From assembly GCA_965202805.1 (NCBI GenBank), contig OZ241869.1:3872001-3936000 (forward strand): a stretch of 64,000 bases of DNA, written 5' to 3'. This document shows, piece after piece, positions 1-11,914 of this stretch. Positions within the stretch are counted from its first letter, which is position 1. Each line of letters opens with the position of its first letter. Origin of the DNA: Longimicrobiales bacterium (GTDB lineage Bacteria; Gemmatimonadota; Gemmatimonadetes; Longimicrobiales; Gaopeijiaceae). The notes under the pieces are model-generated. The model had not been told where the DNA came from and searched no databases. It saw nothing but the letters and a program-made list of their open reading frames with translations. Made by a program: the position numbers and the translations under genes.

Positions 1-885
1 CTGCAACGCGAGTTCCTCCCCGGCATCGCGTCCGGAGAGCGCCTGGTCGCCTTCGCGCCGGGCGAACCCGGGGCGTCCGGTCCCGGGGATGCCGGGGACG
101 CCATCGCCACCCCGGTCGCCGGGGGCTGGCGTCTCGACGGCCGCAAGCACTGGGTGGTGGACGGCGACAGGGCCGGGGCAGCCGTGGTCTTCGCCCGCTC
201 GGGCCCGGACGGGGAGACGGGCGGCGGGTTGGGCGCGTTCCTGGTGGACACCGCCGTCCCCGGGTATCGCGTTGTGCGTCGCCGCGAGACCCTCGGGCTG
301 TGCGCGGCCGAGATCGTCGAGATCGAGCTCGACGGCATGGCGGTCCCCGAGGACCGTGTGATCGGGCACCCGCCGCTCGGCGCCGAATACGCGCAGGAGG
401 CGCTTCCCCTGTCCCGCCTGGGCGGCGCGGCGGTGGCGCTGGGTATCGCGCAGGCCGCCTTCGAACACGCCGCCGGATACTCCCGCGAGCGCGAGCAGTT
501 CGGGCGCGCCCTCACGGCGTTCGGAGCCATACGGCACAAACTCGCCGGCATGGCCACCCGTATTGCAGCGGCGCGCGCCCTGGTGCGGGAGACCGCGATT
601 GCTCTCGAAGCGCCGGACGGGGCAGGGGCAGTCGGCATGGCTTCCTGGCCGGACCACCCCGGCCTGCCGGCGACGCCGGACATGGCAAGGTGGGCGGCGA
701 GCCACGCAGCGGTATCGGTGGCCCGTGAAGCGGTTCAGATCTTCGGGGGGTATGGATACATGCGCGACTATCCCGTCGAGAAGCTGATGCGCGACGCCAG
801 CGGCACGGGCATCTGCGAGGCCACGGGCGGCGTATTGCGCATCATCGCGGCGCGCGGGTTCCAGGCCCCGCTTGGCACCGGCTGA
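1..885 (+). CDS. Acyl-CoA dehydrogenase family protein (5' partial, divergent)
   Basis: Frame open from base 1; GWRLDGRKHWV, REQFGR, QIFGGYGYMRDYPVEKLMRD motifs. Confidence 0.88.
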   Translation: MQREFLPGIASGERLVAFAPGEPGASGPGDAGDAIATPVAGGWRLDGRKHWVVDGDRAGAAVVFARSGPDGETGGGLGAFLVDTAVPGYRVVRRRETLGLCAAEIVEIELDGMAVPEDRVIGHPPLGAEYAQEALPLSRLGGAAVALGIAQAAFEHAAGYSREREQFGRALTAFGAIRHKLAGMATRIAAARALVRETAIALEAPDGAGAVGMASWPDHPGLPATPDMARWAASHAAVSVAREAVQIFGGYGYMRDYPVEKLMRDASGTGICEATGGVLRIIAARGFQAPLGTG

Positions 886-950
886 ACGGCCGCCCGCGCC
901 GGCGCGGCTGAGGTGCGGACGCCCGGCAGGAGAGACACAGGGAATTGAAC

Positions 951-2042
951 ATGCAGATATTCGAGGAGATGGCGGCCTTCCGCCACGATCAACTGGCATT
1001 CTGGTCGGAGCCCGCGGCGGGCTACCGAGGCATCATCGCCATCCACGACACGACGCTCGGCCCGGCTCTGGGGGGCACCCGCCTGTGGAGGTACGCCAGC
1101 GAGGCGGACGCCCTGGTCGACGCCCTTCGCCTCGCTCGCGGAATGACGTACAAGGCCGCCATCGCCGGCCTGAGTCTGGGAGGGGGCAAATCGGTCATCC
1201 TGGCGGATGAACGCCCATGCGACCGCGAGCAGCTCTTCCGGGCCCACGGCCGGGCGGTGGAGTCGCTGGGCGGGCGCTACATCACGGCCGAGGATGTCGG
1301 CACTTCCGTGGACGACATGGAGTTCGTGCGCGCGGAGACCCGCTGGGTGGTCGGGGTTCGCGGAGGTTCCGGGGATCCTTCTCCCGCAACGGCCCATGGC
1401 GTCTATCAGGGGATCAGGGCGTGCGCGCAGGAGCGCTACGGCGATGCCTCCCTGGAGGGCAGACATGTCGCGGTCCAGGGCGTGGGACACGTCGGATACC
1501 ACCTGTGCGCCGAACTCGCGGCCGAGGGCGCACGACTCACGGTCGCCGACATCGATGCCGCCAGCGTTCAGCGGACGGTGCGCGAGTTCGGCGCCGCCGC
1601 GGTCGACCCGGCCGACGTCTACGACGTGCCCGCGGACATCTTCGCCCCCTGCGCGCTGGGCGGCGTGGTCAACGACCGGACCGTCGAACGCCTGCGCGTG
1701 GACATTGTGGCGGGCTCGGCCAATAATCAGTTGGCCGAGCCGAGGCATGGCAACGCCCTGCAGGAGCGAGGCATCCTTTTCGCTCCCGACTATGTGATCA
1801 ACGCCGGAGGCCTCATCAACGTGTACGGCGAGATTCACGGCTGGTCCGCCGAACGCACGAGAAGGAAGGCCGCCGGGATCTACGATGTCCTGCTGAGCGT
1901 CTTCCGGCGTGCCCGTGAGGATGGCATCACGGCCGCCGAAGCCTCGAACCGGGTTGCCCTGCAGAAGCTGGCGGATGCCCGCCGTCCCGGAAGCGCCGCG
2001 CACGGCTCCCGTGCCCGGCGAGCGGTTTCCATGAGCACCTGA
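951..2042 (+). CDS. Leu/Phe/Val (branched-chain amino acid) dehydrogenase
   Basis: [58 protein letters not shown]. Confidence 0.95.
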   Translation: MQIFEEMAAFRHDQLAFWSEPAAGYRGIIAIHDTTLGPALGGTRLWRYASEADALVDALRLARGMTYKAAIAGLSLGGGKSVILADERPCDREQLFRAHGRAVESLGGRYITAEDVGTSVDDMEFVRAETRWVVGVRGGSGDPSPATAHGVYQGIRACAQERYGDASLEGRHVAVQGVGHVGYHLCAELAAEGARLTVADIDAASVQRTVREFGAAAVDPADVYDVPADIFAPCALGGVVNDRTVERLRVDIVAGSANNQLAEPRHGNALQERGILFAPDYVINAGGLINVYGEIHGWSAERTRRKAAGIYDVLLSVFRRAREDGITAAEASNRVALQKLADARRPGSAAHGSRARRAVSMST

Positions 2043-2055
2043 CCCGAGCGAGGCC

Positions 2056-3315
2056 GTGTCCACCGATCATCTGCGTCGTTTCGATCCCGAGATACATCAG
2101 GCCGTTCAGGCCGAAGAGGCCCGCCAGCGGGACCAGCTGGAGATGATCGCCAGCGAGAACTTCGCGTCCCGCGCGGTTCTGGAGGCGACGGGTTCGGCGC
2201 TCACCAACAAGTATGCCGAGGGGCTCCCGGGACGTCGCTACTACGGCGGCTGCGAGCACGTCGACGTGGTCGAGAGCCTGGCTCGGGCGCGTGCCTGCAC
2301 GCTTTTCGGGGCCGACCACGCCAACGTTCAGCCCCATTCCGGGGCCCAGGCCAACCTGGCCGCCTTTCTCGCCTTCCTCCAACCCGGCGACCGCTTTCTG
2401 GGCATGCAGCTCAGCCACGGCGGCCATCTCACGCACGGATCCCGGGTCAATGTCAGCGGAAAGTGGTTCCAGGTATCGTCGTACGGCGTGCGCGAGTCGG
2501 ATGGGATCATCGACTACGATGTCGTGCGCGCGCAGGCCCGCTCGGAGCGCCCGCGGCTGATCGTCGCGGGGGCCAGCGCCTACCCGCGCACCCTCGATTT
2601 CGCGGCGTTCGGGGAAATAGCGCGCGAGGTGGACGCGCTCCTCATGGTCGACATGGCCCACATCGCCGGACTCGTCGCCACCGGCGTCCATCCCAGTCCG
2701 ATGCCCCATGCCCATGTGGTGACCACGACCACGCACAAGACCCTGCGCGGACCCCGCGGCGGTCTCATTCTGGCGCCTGCCGAACACGCGCGCGCCATCG
2801 ACAGGGCGGTCTTTCCGGGCTCCCAGGGGGGCCCCATGATGCATGTGATCGCCGCCAAGGCGGTCGCGTTCCGGGAGGCCCTGGCGCCGGAGTTCTCCCT
2901 CTACACCCGGCAGGTGGTGGCCAACGCGCGAACCCTGGGGTCCGAGCTGATGGAGCACGGGTTCCGCCTTGTGAGCGGCGGCACCGACACGCATCTGATC
3001 CTGGTCGACTTCGGACAGGACGGCCTCTCGGGAGCGCAGGCCGAGGCGGCGCTCGCGCGCGTGGGCATCACAGTCAACAAGAACACCGTCCCCGGGGAGT
3101 ACCGGTCGCCGCTGGTCACGTCGGGGATTCGCCTCGGGACCTCCGCTCTTACCAGCCGCGGCATGGGCATCGACGAGATGCGCCTCATTGCCGGGTGGAT
3201 GGCTCGAGTTCTGCTTCGTCCCGAGGACGAGGAAGTGCTTCGGGAGGTGCATGGGGAAGTGCGCGAGTTGAGCGCGTCTTTCCCGCTCCGCAAGGACACC
3301 GTTCCGGTCGACTGA
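2056..3315 (+). CDS. glyA: Serine hydroxymethyltransferase
   Basis: [43 protein letters not shown] (PLP Lys). Confidence 0.99.
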   Translation: MSTDHLRRFDPEIHQAVQAEEARQRDQLEMIASENFASRAVLEATGSALTNKYAEGLPGRRYYGGCEHVDVVESLARARACTLFGADHANVQPHSGAQANLAAFLAFLQPGDRFLGMQLSHGGHLTHGSRVNVSGKWFQVSSYGVRESDGIIDYDVVRAQARSERPRLIVAGASAYPRTLDFAAFGEIAREVDALLMVDMAHIAGLVATGVHPSPMPHAHVVTTTTHKTLRGPRGGLILAPAEHARAIDRAVFPGSQGGPMMHVIAAKAVAFREALAPEFSLYTRQVVANARTLGSELMEHGFRLVSGGTDTHLILVDFGQDGLSGAQAEAALARVGITVNKNTVPGEYRSPLVTSGIRLGTSALTSRGMGIDEMRLIAGWMARVLLRPEDEEVLREVHGEVRELSASFPLRKDTVPVD

Positions 3316-3426
3316 TCTCCCCGTTTGCGGGCAGGGCTGCAATATCAAGTCCTGCAACGGGAAACGTCCTGTCGCCTCGAATGGCCGGGGCTGGCGCTCG
3401 CCGGAGAATCGCTCCAGATTTCTCCC

Positions 3427-3804
3427 ATGAACGACCCGCAGATCGGCGACGACGTCCTGGTTCGCCTCGATGGGCGCAACCCGCGCTTCCATGTCAAGGC
3501 GTATCTGTTCGTGCTCTCCGCCCTGCAATCGGTCTCCGACTCGCTCGAAAAGCGGCGCCATATCTCCGGCACGGAACTGGCACAGGGAGTAAGGCGTCTC
3601 GCTCTCGAGCAATATGGCCCCATGGCGCGCACGGTTCTGGAACACTGGGGCGTCCACGCCACCGAAGACCTGGGTGAGATCGTATTCGATCTGGTCGACT
3701 GCGGGGTTCTCCTGAAACAGGATGAGGATTCTCCCGAGGATTTCAGGGGCGTGTACGATTTCGAGGACGCTTTCGAGCACAACTATCCGTGGGGCAGGGC
3801 ATAG
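3427..3804 (+). CDS. Minf_1886-like conserved hypothetical protein
   Basis: AYLFVL..HISGTEL..YGPMARTVLEHWGV..TEDLGEIVFDLV..DF pattern recalled for this family. Confidence 0.75.
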   Translation: MNDPQIGDDVLVRLDGRNPRFHVKAYLFVLSALQSVSDSLEKRRHISGTELAQGVRRLALEQYGPMARTVLEHWGVHATEDLGEIVFDLVDCGVLLKQDEDSPEDFRGVYDFEDAFEHNYPWGRA

Positions 3805-3870
3805 CCCCGCCCCGACCTGGTTTACTCAACAGGTCTCGTCTCTTCGAGACCATCCGAGAGGGACTGGACA

Positions 3871-4068
3871 ATGTCCGATGAGCGCAGCTTTCCTCCCTGT
3901 CTCAAGTGCAATACGGGGCTGTTGCTCCCCATGTCCGACTACGGACGCGAGGGCGCCCCGATCCGATACAAGGCGTGGGTCTGTTCCAATCCCGACTGTG
4001 GCTACAACATCAGAATCGACAACGGAGAGATCACCTTCGGCCGCAACATCACGCAGAGCTACAAGTAG
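3871..4068 (+). CDS. Small zinc-ribbon protein (65 aa)
   Basis: CLKC...CSNPDC; GAGAGGGA SD upstream; same strand as the operon. Confidence 0.8.
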   Translation: MSDERSFPPCLKCNTGLLLPMSDYGREGAPIRYKAWVCSNPDCGYNIRIDNGEITFGRNITQSYK

Positions 4069-4086
4069 TCTCCCCAACTCTTCCCG

Positions 4087-5721
4087 ATGGCGCCACGCGC
4101 GAACAGGAACCGCGGCTCCGGAGGGCGTCGCGGCCGCTCGGGCGGTCCGCGGGCCGCCAGGATCCTCTTCGGCGATTCCGATGTCCACGCTCCCACCGGC
4201 AGCGAAGCGGCATCCTTCGATCGCTTCGCCATCGACCAGTTCGGTGTTCCCGGCCGGACCCTCATCGAGAATGCGGGACGATCGGCCGCACTGGTGCTCG
4301 AGCGCATCTTTGCGCGGGGGTCGGTTGTCGTGTTCGCGGGGTCGGGCAACAATGGCGGCGACGGCCTCGCCCTGGCGCGTGCGCTGGCGGGCTGGGGCCG
4401 GCCGGTCACGGTGGTCCGGGCGTCGGCGCATCCCCCGGATGCCCGCCTGCTGCACCAGTGGCCCCTGCCCACGCTGGACGGGGGCGCCACAGGCGCCCAG
4501 GGTGAGATCGAGCGCGCGACCGCCTCGGCCGGCGTGCTTGTGGACGCAGTGCTCGGCACGGGGATTTCGGGCGCCCCCCGAGCTCCCCAGGCGCGAATTC
4601 TGGAGGGCATGAACCGGGCCCGCACACCGATCCTGTCCCTCGACATCCCATCCGGTGTGGACGCCGATACCGGCGCCGTCCCCGGGGAGGTGGCCCGGGC
4701 CGACCTGACGGTGGCCTTCGGCTGGCCCAAGCTGGGTTCCCTGCTTCAGCCCGGGCGCGCGCACGCCGGTCGCCTGGTGGCTGTGGAGATCGGGTTTCCG
4801 CCCGTGCCGCCCGCGACGTTCGGGGCGGGCGTGGTGACGCCTGCATGGGCGCGGGACGCGCTGCCGATTCGTCGGGCCGATACGCACAAGCACGAGGTCG
4901 GTTCGCTGCTCCTGCTGGCGGGCGCGCCCGGGATGGCAGGCGCGGCAATCATGGCGGCTCGGGCGGCACTGAGGGTCGGGGCGGGATTCGTGCGCATCGC
5001 GAGCGCCCCATCCAACCGATCCGTGCTCCAGGGCGCCGTCCCGGAGGCGGTGTTCGTGGACACGGCCGACCGGGCTGCGCTGGCACGGGCGGCGAAGGGA
5101 TCGACGGCGGTCGCGGCCGGGCCCGGGCTGGGGGTCGCTCCAGAGGCCGCAGCAGCCCTGGAAGCCGTCCTGGAGGCGTCCGGCGACACGCCCTGCCTGC
5201 TCGACGCCGACGCCCTGAACCTGGTGGCGGCGGAGGCGGGTCCCTCCCTCGGCGCACTGGGATGCGCCCGGCCGGTGCTGGTCACGCCCCATCGGGGGGA
5301 GATGAAGAGGCTCGTAGCCGCCGCTGCCGACCTTCCCGATCTTCCGCACCGGCTGGCCCTCGACCGGGCGGCGGCCTGGTCGTGCACGGTGTTGCTGAAG
5401 GGCAACCCGTCGATCGTGGCCACCCCTTCGAAGCGGCTCCTGGTGGGCGGGCTCGGGAGCTCCGATCTGGCCGCGGCCGGGATGGGCGATGTGCTGAGCG
5501 GGGTCGCGGGTTCGCTGCTGGCGCAGGGATGCGGTCCAGCGGTGGCGGGCGGGCTGGCGCTGCATCTGACCGGGGTCGCGGCGGCCCTCGGGCGCGAGGG
5601 TCCCGGGCTGGTGCCGGGCGACGTGATCGCCCGCCTTTCTGACGCGGTTCGGCGGCAGCCGGACCGGAAGAGCCGTCTCGGCCTGCCCTTCGTCATCTTC
5701 GACCAGGAAGCGCCTCGTTGA
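4087..5721 (+). CDS. nnr: Bifunctional NAD(P)H-hydrate epimerase/dehydratase (YjeF)
   Basis: GSGNNGGDG, VDAVLGTG, LDIPSG; GPGLG, LDADALN, TPHRGE, LLKG, GMGDVLSG; start uncertain. Confidence 0.93.
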   Translation: MAPRANRNRGSGGRRGRSGGPRAARILFGDSDVHAPTGSEAASFDRFAIDQFGVPGRTLIENAGRSAALVLERIFARGSVVVFAGSGNNGGDGLALARALAGWGRPVTVVRASAHPPDARLLHQWPLPTLDGGATGAQGEIERATASAGVLVDAVLGTGISGAPRAPQARILEGMNRARTPILSLDIPSGVDADTGAVPGEVARADLTVAFGWPKLGSLLQPGRAHAGRLVAVEIGFPPVPPATFGAGVVTPAWARDALPIRRADTHKHEVGSLLLLAGAPGMAGAAIMAARAALRVGAGFVRIASAPSNRSVLQGAVPEAVFVDTADRAALARAAKGSTAVAAGPGLGVAPEAAAALEAVLEASGDTPCLLDADALNLVAAEAGPSLGALGCARPVLVTPHRGEMKRLVAAAADLPDLPHRLALDRAAAWSCTVLLKGNPSIVATPSKRLLVGGLGSSDLAAAGMGDVLSGVAGSLLAQGCGPAVAGGLALHLTGVAAALGREGPGLVPGDVIARLSDAVRRQPDRKSRLGLPFVIFDQEAPR

Positions 5722-6737
5722 GCTCGCTGGGACCGGGCGGGGAGTTCGACCTGATTCGGTCCTTCCTGACGGCCGGACCGCCACCGGGGGCGGAGGTGCT
5801 GGTGGGGTCGGGCGATGACTGCGCGGTGCTCGAATCCGGCTGGGTGGTGAGCACCGACGCCTTCCTCGAGGACGTGCACTTCCGACGCGGCTGGATCAGC
5901 TTCGACGAGGCCGGCTACCGCGCCGTGACCGCTGCCCTCAGCGACGTGGCCGCGATGGCCGCGCGGCCCGTCGGCGTGCTCGTCGCCCTCGGTCTGCCGG
6001 ACGTGGAGGCCGCACACATCGCGGAGGGGCTTCGGGCCGGCATCCGGCGAGCGTGCGAACGCGCGCGCTGCCCGCTGATCGGGGGCGACCTCACCCGCTC
6101 TCCGGGCCCGGTGGTCATGAACGTGGTCGCACTGGGCCGCGCGGATCGCCCCATCCTGCGAAGCGGCGCCCGGCCGGGCGACGAGGTCTGGGTGACGGGC
6201 GTGTTGGGCGCGAGCGCCGCCGCGGTGCGCAGCTGGAAGTGCGGGCGCGAGCCCGATCCGTCGCTGCGGCGGGCTTTCGCCGCGCCCGTAGCGCGCCTCG
6301 AAGAGGCTCGCTGGGTCGCCGAGCGCATCCGGATGACGGCTCTCATCGACCTCTCGGATGGCCTGGCGGGAGACCTGGGCCACATCGCCGCGGCGAGCGG
6401 GGTTGCCATCGTTCTCGACCCGGCCCTCGTCCCCGTCGCCCCCCCGGCGGCCAACGCCGCCGGATCGCGCCGCCGCGCGGTGCCCCTGGCGCTTGCCGGA
6501 GGCGAGGACTACGAGCTCGCCTTCACCGCGCGGCCGGGGTCTGCGGATTCGGCCGCGACCGACTTCAGTCGCCGGTTCGGCCTGTCCCTCACGCGGGTCG
6601 GAATTGTCGCCGAGGGCGCGGACGTTAGACTTGAGGGCGACGGCGCGGACCAGTTCGACCACGGATCCGCGGGCTTCGACCACTTTCGCGCACCGCGATC
6701 CGACGCAGCCGAAGTCGGGCGCTCGGACCATCGCTAG
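5718..6737 (+). CDS. thiL: Thiamine-monophosphate kinase
   Basis: GEFDLI, GDDCAV, LSDVAAM, GGD, IDLSDGL, GGEDYEL. Confidence 0.95.
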   Translation: MSSLGPGGEFDLIRSFLTAGPPPGAEVLVGSGDDCAVLESGWVVSTDAFLEDVHFRRGWISFDEAGYRAVTAALSDVAAMAARPVGVLVALGLPDVEAAHIAEGLRAGIRRACERARCPLIGGDLTRSPGPVVMNVVALGRADRPILRSGARPGDEVWVTGVLGASAAAVRSWKCGREPDPSLRRAFAAPVARLEEARWVAERIRMTALIDLSDGLAGDLGHIAAASGVAIVLDPALVPVAPPAANAAGSRRRAVPLALAGGEDYELAFTARPGSADSAATDFSRRFGLSLTRVGIVAEGADVRLEGDGADQFDHGSAGFDHFRAPRSDAAEVGRSDHR

Positions 6738-6755
6738 ACCGGATCGGGAGAACGG

Positions 6756-9128
<2,373 letters not shown>

Positions 9129-9146
9129 CCGGCCCGGGCCTCCGCT

Positions 9147-9207
9147 TCCTCCGCCGGTCAGGCCTTCATCCTCCGCCGGTCAGGCCTTCATCCTCCGCCG
9201 GTCAGGC
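9147..9207. repeat. 22-bp tandem repeat, about 2.8 copies (TCCTCCGCCGGTCAGGCCTTCA)
   Basis: Copies at 9147, 9169 and 9191 (partial) between convergent genes. Confidence 0.9.
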
Positions 9208-9209
9208 GC

Positions 9210-10106
9210 TCAGCCTGAATCTCCCTCCGACCCGGCGACCTCCTTCTCTTCCGTCGCGGCATCGGCGATTCTCCGCACCGCGTCCGCGAGCAACTGCCCC
9301 GAGCTCCCTTCCGGCAGGAGCGCGGGCATCCCTTCGGCCGCCGCCTGCGCGACAGTCTTCGCCGTGCTGGTGGTTCCCGCCGACATGAGCTCCATGGGGA
9401 TGGGAAAGACCGTGGTGGAGTTGTTCTCCGCGGCGATCTCGACAGCCGTCTGCAGGTAGCGCAGCTGCAACGCCATGGGGTATTCCTGGATGACGGCCGC
9501 CGCGTCGGCCAGCTTGCGCGAGGCCTGGAACTCGCCTTCCGCCGCGATCACCTTGCCCCGGCGCTCGCGTTCGGCCTCCGCCTGCTTCGCCATCGCGCGC
9601 TTCATCTCCTTGGGCAGGTCGATGTCCTTGATCTCGACGCCGGTCACCTCGATGCCCCAGGGATCGGTTCCCTCGTCGATGATGTCGCGCACGATCTCGT
9701 TGATGCGCTCGCGCTCGGCGAGCAGTTGATCCAGCTCCGACTGGCCGATGACGCTGCGGAGCGTCGTCTGCGCCAACTGGGACGTGGCGAAGTAGTAGTC
9801 CTCGATCTCGACCACGGCCTTCGCCGGGTTGGTCACCCGGAAGTAGACCACGGCGTTGACCGTAACGCTCACGTTGTCCTTGGTGATGGTGTCCTGGGGA
9901 GCGATGTCCAGCGCCACGATGCGCAGGTCCATCCTCTTCATGCGTTCCAGCCCGTAGGGCACGAGGAAAATGAGGCCGGGCCCCTTGGCGCGGGTCAGCT
10001 TGCCGAGCCGGAACACGACGCCCCGCTCGTATTCCCAGAGGACGCGAAAGCTGGTGAGGAGGCCGGTGGCGGCGACGACGATGCCAACGATCATCGGGAT
10101 GTCCAT
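9210..10106 (-). CDS. SPFH/band-7 (slipin/stomatin) membrane protein
   Basis: [47 protein letters not shown]. Confidence 0.95.
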   Translation of the reverse strand: MDIPMIVGIVVAATGLLTSFRVLWEYERGVVFRLGKLTRAKGPGLIFLVPYGLERMKRMDLRIVALDIAPQDTITKDNVSVTVNAVVYFRVTNPAKAVVEIEDYYFATSQLAQTTLRSVIGQSELDQLLAERERINEIVRDIIDEGTDPWGIEVTGVEIKDIDLPKEMKRAMAKQAEAERERRGKVIAAEGEFQASRKLADAAAVIQEYPMALQLRYLQTAVEIAAENNSTTVFPIPMELMSAGTTSTAKTVAQAAAEGMPALLPEGSSGQLLADAVRRIADAATEEKEVAGSEGDSG

Positions 10107-10210
10107 TCGGATCGCTCTCCCTCGGAACTCGGCGAACGCCGGGCAGGCCCGCTGCCGCCGGGAGTCCTCTCTCGGGTTCAGGAATAATCCGCGGCCCATG
10201 ACGGTACCGC

Positions 10211-10239
10211 TTGACACGCTATCCTCTCAAAACTAGCGT
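10211..10239 (+). promoter_or_regulatory. Sigma70-type promoter of the tRNA gene
   Basis: TTGACA-17 bp-TAGCGT, 15 bp upstream of the tRNA. Confidence 0.7.
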
Positions 10240-10254
10240 TTTCGCGATGTCCCC

Positions 10255-10328
10255 GCCGGAGTAGCTCAGCTGGTCAGAGCAGCGGAATCATAATCCGCGT
10301 GTCGGGGGTTCGAGTCCCTCCTCCGGCA
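10255..10328 (+). tRNA. tRNA-Met(CAT), probably elongator; CCA not encoded
   Basis: Acceptor GCCGGAG/CTCCGGC, D-arm TAGCTCAGCTGGTCAGAGC, anticodon stem GCGGA/TCCGC with CAT, T-loop GGTTCGAGTCC. Confidence 0.93.
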
Positions 10329-10343
10329 TCGCTTTCCTTCCTG

Positions 10344-10377
10344 CCCCGCAGGGACCTGACCGTCCCGGCGGGGTTTC
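10344..10377 (+). terminator. Putative intrinsic terminator after tRNA
   Basis: CCCCGCaGGGAC-loop-GTCCCgGCGGGG followed by TTT. Confidence 0.55.
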
Positions 10378-10481
10378 ACATTTGTCCGTGCTTTGCCGCC
10401 GTTCGCATGGGCGGATATCTTGGCCGGGCGACTCCCCCCTCGTGGCACAGTGGGGACACCCGAAAAGCGACGAGCAGGACG

Positions 10482-10994
10482 ATGACCGATCTTATCGAGC
10501 GTGAGCTGAGTCGGCGCAAGGCGCGGATGGCTCGCGTGCTTGAGCGGCCGCTGCTGGTCCCGGGCGGGGAGACGGCGCCCGTGTCGCCGAACCGCCGGGC
10601 ATATTATCTGGACGAAGCTCGAGAGCTGTACTGGAACGAGCTGGAGTGGGAGAACATCACCGGGGAGGAGCGTCTCGACGACGGTCCCTTCACCGAGCTG
10701 GCCTTCCCCGGCTTCCTCGCCTTCGTGCGCGGATTGCTGTTGCGCGAATCCATCGACGAGCAGGCAACGCCCGCCGAGCCGCATCCCGCCATCGTCGAGG
10801 AGATCCTGAGCTTTCTGGCGGGCAGGGTGGTGACGCTTCGCACGGAGCTGCGCGAGCAGGACCCCGAGTGGGACGTCGAGCAGAGCACGCGGGAGCTGTC
10901 CATGACCGAGCCGCTCATCGATCTGGTGCTGGCGCTGCTGTACGAGGTCACCCCGGCCGAGCGGGTGCGCCTGGAACGGGCCGCGGCGGATTGA
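10482..10994 (+). CDS. Hypothetical acidic helical protein
   Basis: Coding-like composition, AGGA SD, abuts the downstream GDPD gene. Confidence 0.75.
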   Translation: MTDLIERELSRRKARMARVLERPLLVPGGETAPVSPNRRAYYLDEARELYWNELEWENITGEERLDDGPFTELAFPGFLAFVRGLLLRESIDEQATPAEPHPAIVEEILSFLAGRVVTLRTELREQDPEWDVEQSTRELSMTEPLIDLVLALLYEVTPAERVRLERAAAD

Positions 10995-11017
10995 CGACGC
11001 CGGCACCTCGGCGTTCC

Positions 11018-11914
11018 ATGCGTGTGCCCCGGCGGGGATGGCGCCGGCTGCCCGCCCGCCGGCCCGGTCATCCGTATCTGGCGGGTGCGCCTCTGTTCAT
11101 CGCCCACCGCGGGGGAGCCGCGCTGGCGCCCGAGAACACCATGGCCGCCTTCACGGCTGCGGTGGAGCGATGGGATGCCGACGTGCTGGAGATGGACGTG
11201 CACCGCACCGCAGACGGCAGGGTGGTGGTGATACACGACGCCACCGTGGACCGCACCTGCGATGGCCGCGGCGCCGTGCGCGACCTCCCATGGAGCGAGG
11301 TGCGTTCGTTCGACGCCGGGTATCGCTTCCGCGACCTGGCGGGCGAACACGCCTTCCGCGCCCGGGGCGTGCGCATTCCGCTGCTGGAAGAGGTGCTCGA
11401 GACCTTCCCCGCCACGCGATTGAACGTGGAGGCCAAGACGCCCGAGGTGGCCCCGCTGCTGGTCGAGACCATCCGCCGCCACGAGGCGCAGGATCGTGTG
11501 CTGATGGCCGCCGAGCTGGAGGGCGCGCGGCCCTCGCGGCACGGCTATCCGGGCCCGCACGGAGCGTCCCGCCGCCAGATCCGGCTGTTCCACCTGCTGC
11601 ACCGGCGGCCGCTCGGGTTCATGTATACCCCGCGCGCGGACGCCCTGCAGGTGCCGGACGCGTGGATGGGCACGCAGGTGGTCACGCCCCGCTTCGTGCG
11701 CGAGGCGCACCGCCGCAACATTCCGGTGCATGTCTGGACCATCGACGAGGCGGCGGACATGCGCCGACTGCTCTCGTGGGGGGTGGACGGCATTCAGTCC
11801 GACCGCCTCGACCGGCTGGCGCGGGTGCTGGTGGAGGAAACCGGCCGCCCGCCGCCCGCGCTGACCGCCGCCGGCGCGGGCGCCGCCGCGACGACCGGCC
11901 AGGTCGCGCGGTGA
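11018..11914 (+). CDS. Glycerophosphodiester phosphodiesterase
   Basis: IAHRGG, PENTMAAF, EMDVH, VIHD, NVEAK, WTID, GVDGIQSD; start may be TTG 10991. Confidence 0.93.
   Translation: MRVPRRGWRRLPARRPGHPYLAGAPLFIAHRGGAALAPENTMAAFTAAVERWDADVLEMDVHRTADGRVVVIHDATVDRTCDGRGAVRDLPWSEVRSFDAGYRFRDLAGEHAFRARGVRIPLLEEVLETFPATRLNVEAKTPEVAPLLVETIRRHEAQDRVLMAAELEGARPSRHGYPGPHGASRRQIRLFHLLHRRPLGFMYTPRADALQVPDAWMGTQVVTPRFVREAHRRNIPVHVWTIDEAADMRRLLSWGVDGIQSDRLDRLARVLVEETGRPPPALTAAGAGAAATTGQVAR

Noticed and set aside
10255..10328. tRNA-Ile2 (TilS substrate) next to tilS, or initiator tRNA
   Set aside because: The acceptor stem starts GCCGG rather than the GGGCC-like Ile2 pattern. The paired G1-C72 and the lack of three consecutive G-C anticodon-stem pairs argue against fMet. 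Elongator Met is most likely.
10300..10480. Integrative element attachment at the tRNA 3' end
   Set aside because: No integrase and no duplicated tRNA end seen; core genes continue downstream
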